From an uncultured virus (IMG/VR IMGVR_UViG_3300042879_004886) (taxonomy: Duplodnaviria > Heunggongvirae > Uroviricota > Caudoviricetes): DNA of 20,000 nt. Positions within the stretch are counted from its first letter, which is position 1, and the number at the start of each line of letters is the position of its first letter. Location: the IMG/VR virus record IMGVR_UViG_3300042879_004886. The stretch is one strand, 5' to 3'. Both the position numbers and the translations under genes were made by a program. The notes under the pieces were generated by a model. It did no database searches, had not been told where the DNA came from, and saw only the letters and a program-made list of their open reading frames with translations. Of this stretch, positions 16,499 through 20,000 are shown piece by piece.

Positions 16499-17074
16499 TT
16501 AATACTCCTGATTTACTGCTTTTAGCATTTCAATGTCTTCTTTCATTTCCTGAATCTGTTCTTTCAGTTCAGCAATCAATGCATCTTTTTGTTTTATTTC
16601 ATTCTTGAGTTTAGAACTGTCATCTACTTGAGTTGGTTTTTTCTCATAAAACAAATTAGGATCATATTCCAAATTTTTTATGGTATAAGTTTTAGTAGGC
16701 TTTTTCGTCATTTTCTGCTTAGTTGATGCGCTATTCCAAAATCCAGTTTTATCCAAGATCAAAATTAATTTTTCAATAAATTTATCGTTTTTTGGTGTTT
16801 TGTCTTCACAATTTAAACCCATGTCATACAAAAATTCACTGCTTATCATAAAAGTAGGTATATCATAGGTTTGCAAAGAAAGTTTATCTTTTACAACAAC
16901 ACAAACATATGCACTGCGACTGTTTATGTCATAAACAAAAGTCACATCTTGAAAAGAAATATCGCCCAAATCAATTTGTTGTATTGAATTGACATATGGG
17001 TTTCCATACGTACTGGGACTCCAATGAATGGTGTATCTACCATTCATAACATCTGTACTATATTTCCAAGTCAT
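16499..17074 (-). CDS. Hypothetical protein with C-terminal coiled coil
   Basis: ORF between pol and the 99-aa gene. ATG 17074 (MTWKYS) is preferred over the TTG at 17092 because it follows TATAAT/GAGGT. The C-terminus reads LKNEIKQKDALIAELKEQIQEMKEDIEML. Confidence 0.75.
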   Translation of the reverse strand: MTWKYSTDVMNGRYTIHWSPSTYGNPYVNSIQQIDLGDISFQDVTFVYDINSRSAYVCVVVKDKLSLQTYDIPTFMISSEFLYDMGLNCEDKTPKNDKFIEKLILILDKTGFWNSASTKQKMTKKPTKTYTIKNLEYDPNLFYEKKPTQVDDSSKLKNEIKQKDALIAELKEQIQEMKEDIEMLKAVNQEY

Positions 17075-17080
17075 GGTTTT

Positions 17081-17108
17081 ATTATACCTCAAACAAAAAA
17101 CGATTCAA
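17081..17108 (-). promoter_or_regulatory. Sigma70-like promoter TTGAAT-N16-TATAAT overlapping the pol 3' end
   Basis: Minus strand reads TTGAAT cgttttttgtttgagg TATAAT aaaacc ATG. Confidence 0.55.
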
Positions 17109-19590
17109 GTGTTACTTCATTACTTATCGACCAACCAATAGCCTGAAGAACATTGTCCAAAGGTTCTTTGAAAGTTTTTTCAAACTGCTTGTTTCGGTCA
17201 ATGTAAGTTTCCAATTCAAATTCCTTGGGAGGTTTGTTGATAAAACCCATCACAGCATCCCTGCCACCTATACCATAAGGATTTGGAATCTTTACAAAGA
17301 CGAACTTCATTTTGTCATTCTCTTTGATTATCTGAATATCTTTAGTTAGTTCCATTTTTCTAAGATATGCATTGTGCAGTAGAGCTGCTTTTGTTGCAAT
17401 TGGTGTTCCAGTTTTATAAATTTTAATGCTGTCTCCGTACTTAGCAATACCCTTTACACCCCGAGGAGCTGCGATATCCTCAATAGGCATTTTCATAAAT
17501 TCATCATAGAATTCATCCACATAAACTCGCAGCTCCTCTGGGGTTTTTGTAAGGATAATCTTTATACAGTCTTTTAGTTTGTTTCTAACGACTACTGGAG
17601 TGCTGCTACGCGCAGTCTCAAGACCCATGATCTTTAGCTTTGGTTCCTTGAATCTGATTCCTTCCAGATCTTGGAGATACAATGCATATCTTTTCTTTGC
17701 GATGAATATACCTGCAGATGCAATTGCCTCTCTCTTGAAGAATATCTTGTTCTCGGTGCAGCCCAGAGTATGTGCAATTAATTCCATCTCTTTCTTGAAC
17801 TCTGGTTGGATCTTCTGCTCACAAACTTGGTCGATGAAATCAGTAACATCATCTATCTTTGTTTTACTGGAAATCTGCTTCACTATTGCATCTAGATGCA
17901 GATATACGGAATCAGTATCAACGGCAATGACGTAATCTTTGTCGGTCTTGGTTACCTTCTGTATGTACTGATTCATGCAGTTCTCTGCTTTGCGAATAAT
18001 TACCTGTCCCGTGACGGTAACCGCAGTAGCGAGTGCAGGAGATGAGTACACAAAAGCGGGATTGCCAAGACAACCGTACAGGCTGTTTGCGAGAATCTTC
18101 TTAACTGATTGACGAATTTTGAGTGCCGCGATTCTCGGCAGTAGTTTTTCATTTTTTGTCTGTTCATATTCTTTTTCCAGTTCAATCATCTTGTTTTTGG
18201 CTTCCTTGCGCTGATTGAATGTTTTCTCGATGAGAATTGGAATAAATCCTTTTATATCTCTGGTGAACATCGAACCATTGCATGCTAGGCATGCATTTCG
18301 GGACTCGGCATCTTTCAAAAGATCCGGTAGTTCTTTTTTATTTTCTTGTAAAAAGTAATCTGCATTCAATGATGAATCATCGTTTACACAGGTATCCGGT
18401 GAAATATTCCATTGCATTATAATCGATGGATATAGACTGGTCGCGTCAAAACTTACAACATTGTTGTAGAATCCGGGAACTATGTCTTTAACATAAGCAC
18501 CAACAAACTGATCATCTTTGTCGTATTTTTTCTTAAGGTGAGTAATTATATTTTGCTTTAGCAAATAATCACAGCATATGCTTTCCCATATACGGGTAGC
18601 AAAGAATACCGTATCATAAGTAATCTTTGCCTCGTATGCAATAGAAACAGCAAGATCGATAAGTTTCAGTTTATCGTCAAGTCGTTCAACCAGGACAGCG
18701 TCTTGGACGTTATATTCTGCAAACTTTTGAAAGTTCTTTTTGTAAAACTCACGCAGTGAGCCATACTCGCTATAATCCAGTTTTTGCGCATCGAGTTCCA
18801 CCTTTGCTATGTTTTGCAGTGCATAGCTTTCTTGGCTGGTACCGGAAAACTTCTTATACAGATCCATGTAATCTAGAATCGTATAGCCGGGGAACTCATA
18901 AATTTTATAGTTCTTTCCGCCTATGTCAGTCTCACGCATCTTCATCAAACCAAAAGGCAACCAATTCTGTATATCTTCCGGTTCGTAAAAAAGCAATGCC
19001 CTACCTATTATATAGGGCATATCGAAGAGCTTGATGTTCCACCCGGTTATGATGTCAACATCCTCTTTGGCCAGAATCTCAAAGATCTTTTTGATCAATT
19101 CTTTCTCGGATGCAACCATGATCACCTTGCAATCTGGCAAGGTGATTGGAGTAAAACTTATTACATATGTTGTACCATTGATTCTTATGGTTATTAGATT
19201 GATTCTTTCGTTGGGTGAATCCAGATCTGGGAATCCTCCTTCAGATTCACACTCCAAGTCAAGATATGCTACCTTGATTTGGGAAAGATCGTATTCCACC
19301 TCAGCCGAATAAGTCTCCATGAGGTATTGAGTAATGAAATCAGTGTTTCCATAGATTGGGCAGTCCGGTATGTCTCTGTATTGGTCCAAGAATTCTCTGC
19401 AGTCATAGAGAGAATCGAATATCATTCTCTTGACAGGTATGTTCTTGAGACTTCTATAGTTGGATTCTTTTTCTGAACGAATGTACAACGATGGCTTAAA
19501 GGTCACGGAGTCCGTAAACCTCTTGCCCTTGTTGTATCCACGAACCAAAATTTTATTGCCTTTGAGTGTGCAGGCAGTATAAAACTTCAT
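17089..19590 (-). CDS. Family B DNA polymerase, T4 gp43-like
   Basis: ExoI LDLECE, ExoII GWNIKLFDMPY, ExoIII YNVQD; motif A SFDATSLYPSII, motif B KILANSLYG, motif C DTDS; KKRY; C-terminal clamp-binding-like TLESFF. Uninterrupted, 833 aa. Confidence 0.97.
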   Translation of the reverse strand: MKFYTACTLKGNKILVRGYNKGKRFTDSVTFKPSLYIRSEKESNYRSLKNIPVKRMIFDSLYDCREFLDQYRDIPDCPIYGNTDFITQYLMETYSAEVEYDLSQIKVAYLDLECESEGGFPDLDSPNERINLITIRINGTTYVISFTPITLPDCKVIMVASEKELIKKIFEILAKEDVDIITGWNIKLFDMPYIIGRALLFYEPEDIQNWLPFGLMKMRETDIGGKNYKIYEFPGYTILDYMDLYKKFSGTSQESYALQNIAKVELDAQKLDYSEYGSLREFYKKNFQKFAEYNVQDAVLVERLDDKLKLIDLAVSIAYEAKITYDTVFFATRIWESICCDYLLKQNIITHLKKKYDKDDQFVGAYVKDIVPGFYNNVVSFDATSLYPSIIMQWNISPDTCVNDDSSLNADYFLQENKKELPDLLKDAESRNACLACNGSMFTRDIKGFIPILIEKTFNQRKEAKNKMIELEKEYEQTKNEKLLPRIAALKIRQSVKKILANSLYGCLGNPAFVYSSPALATAVTVTGQVIIRKAENCMNQYIQKVTKTDKDYVIAVDTDSVYLHLDAIVKQISSKTKIDDVTDFIDQVCEQKIQPEFKKEMELIAHTLGCTENKIFFKREAIASAGIFIAKKRYALYLQDLEGIRFKEPKLKIMGLETARSSTPVVVRNKLKDCIKIILTKTPEELRVYVDEFYDEFMKMPIEDIAAPRGVKGIAKYGDSIKIYKTGTPIATKAALLHNAYLRKMELTKDIQIIKENDKMKFVFVKIPNPYGIGGRDAVMGFINKPPKEFELETYIDRNKQFEKTFKEPLDNVLQAIGWSISNEVTLESFFV

Positions 19591-19913
19591 TGCTTGTTCT
19601 TTTGGTCTTTGTCTTTCAACAGTCCAGCAAGCAAAACACTATAGTTGATCATGTCAACAATTGCATCATAGACACTTTCATTTGCAAGAGAAAGATCTCC
19701 CTTGTTCAAAAAAGTTGAGATTCTTGACATTTTATCCGTCATTCTGATAAGAACACCGAGTTCTGCCGTTGCAAAACCCAAATATTCTGCTCGTCTAAAA
19801 TTCATGAACGGATCAACTCCAGAAGCATAATCGTTGTTTTTCTTTTTCATCAACTCTAAGGCTTCGGAACACATATCTTGGTGCAATTTAAATAAATCTT
19901 CTCTTGTAGTCAT
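19587..19913 (-). CDS. DUF1599 / nucleotide-modification-associated domain 1 (Nmad1)-like helical protein
   Basis: Pattern KKNNDYA..DPFMNF...IRMTDKMSRI...ESVYDAIVDMINY. The stop overlaps the pol start (ATGA). Confidence 0.7.
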   Translation of the reverse strand: MTTREDLFKLHQDMCSEALELMKKKNNDYASGVDPFMNFRRAEYLGFATAELGVLIRMTDKMSRISTFLNKGDLSLANESVYDAIVDMINYSVLLAGLLKDKDQKNKQ

Positions 19914-19921
19914 GGTAGATC

Positions 19922-19949
19922 AATATACACCAGTTATAGGGGTCGTCAA
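19922..19949 (-). promoter_or_regulatory. Sigma70-like promoter TTGACG-N16-TATATT heading the replication operon
   Basis: Minus strand reads TTGACG acccctataactggtg TATATT gatctacc ATG. Confidence 0.6.
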
Positions 19950-19977
19950 GTCTAAATATTAAGACACGGAGTTTTTA

Positions 19978-20000
19978 ATGGACTATACGGAAATTTTTGA
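19978..20000 (+). CDS. Start of a divergent gene running off the window (MDYTEIF...)
   Basis: A TCTAAATA late-type box at 19951-19958 and a GGAG SD-like sequence precede ATG 19978. Only 7 full codons are visible. Confidence 0.45.

Noticed and set aside
18420..18455. Polymerase motif A variant DATSLYP (T4 has DLTSLYP) as a fidelity or modified-base signal
   Set aside because: The change is at the variable position after the catalytic Asp. The SLYP steric-gate residues are intact.
9632..19590. Introns, inteins or stop-codon recoding in core genes
   Set aside because: pol, uvsX, helicase, primase, thyX and nrdJ are all full length and uninterrupted in the standard code, with expected sizes.

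Overview
This window is a gene-dense segment of a large T4-like (Tevenvirinae/cyanomyovirus-style) dsDNA phage genome, mostly on the minus strand. The right part (~9.6-19.9 kb) is a replication and nucleotide-metabolism block: a DUF1599/Nmad1-like protein, family B polymerase (gp43), two hypotheticals, UvsX, a gp40-like protein, gp41 helicase, gp61 primase, a small acidic hypothetical, ThyX and a class II (B12-dependent) ribonucleotide reductase. A tRNA-Asn(GTT) and a small HNH endonuclease follow. The left part (1-9.1 kb) holds four large orphan ORFs behind T4 late-type (A/C)TAAATA boxes. One is missed by the ORF track because it runs off the window. Two begin with sequences resembling the T4 capsid-targeting peptide, and one of these carries an HEXXH zincin motif. 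Interleaved are a PD-(D/E)XK exonuclease, a nuclease-less tandem NUMOD1-like protein, and a compact module of PLMP-like HNH, FmdB Zn-ribbon and RuvC-like genes next to a ~90-nt GC-rich structured non-coding element with its own late box. Four sigma70-like promoters all have 16-bp spacers, and many genes appear (near-)leaderless. All family calls come from motif recognition by eye; no database search was run.
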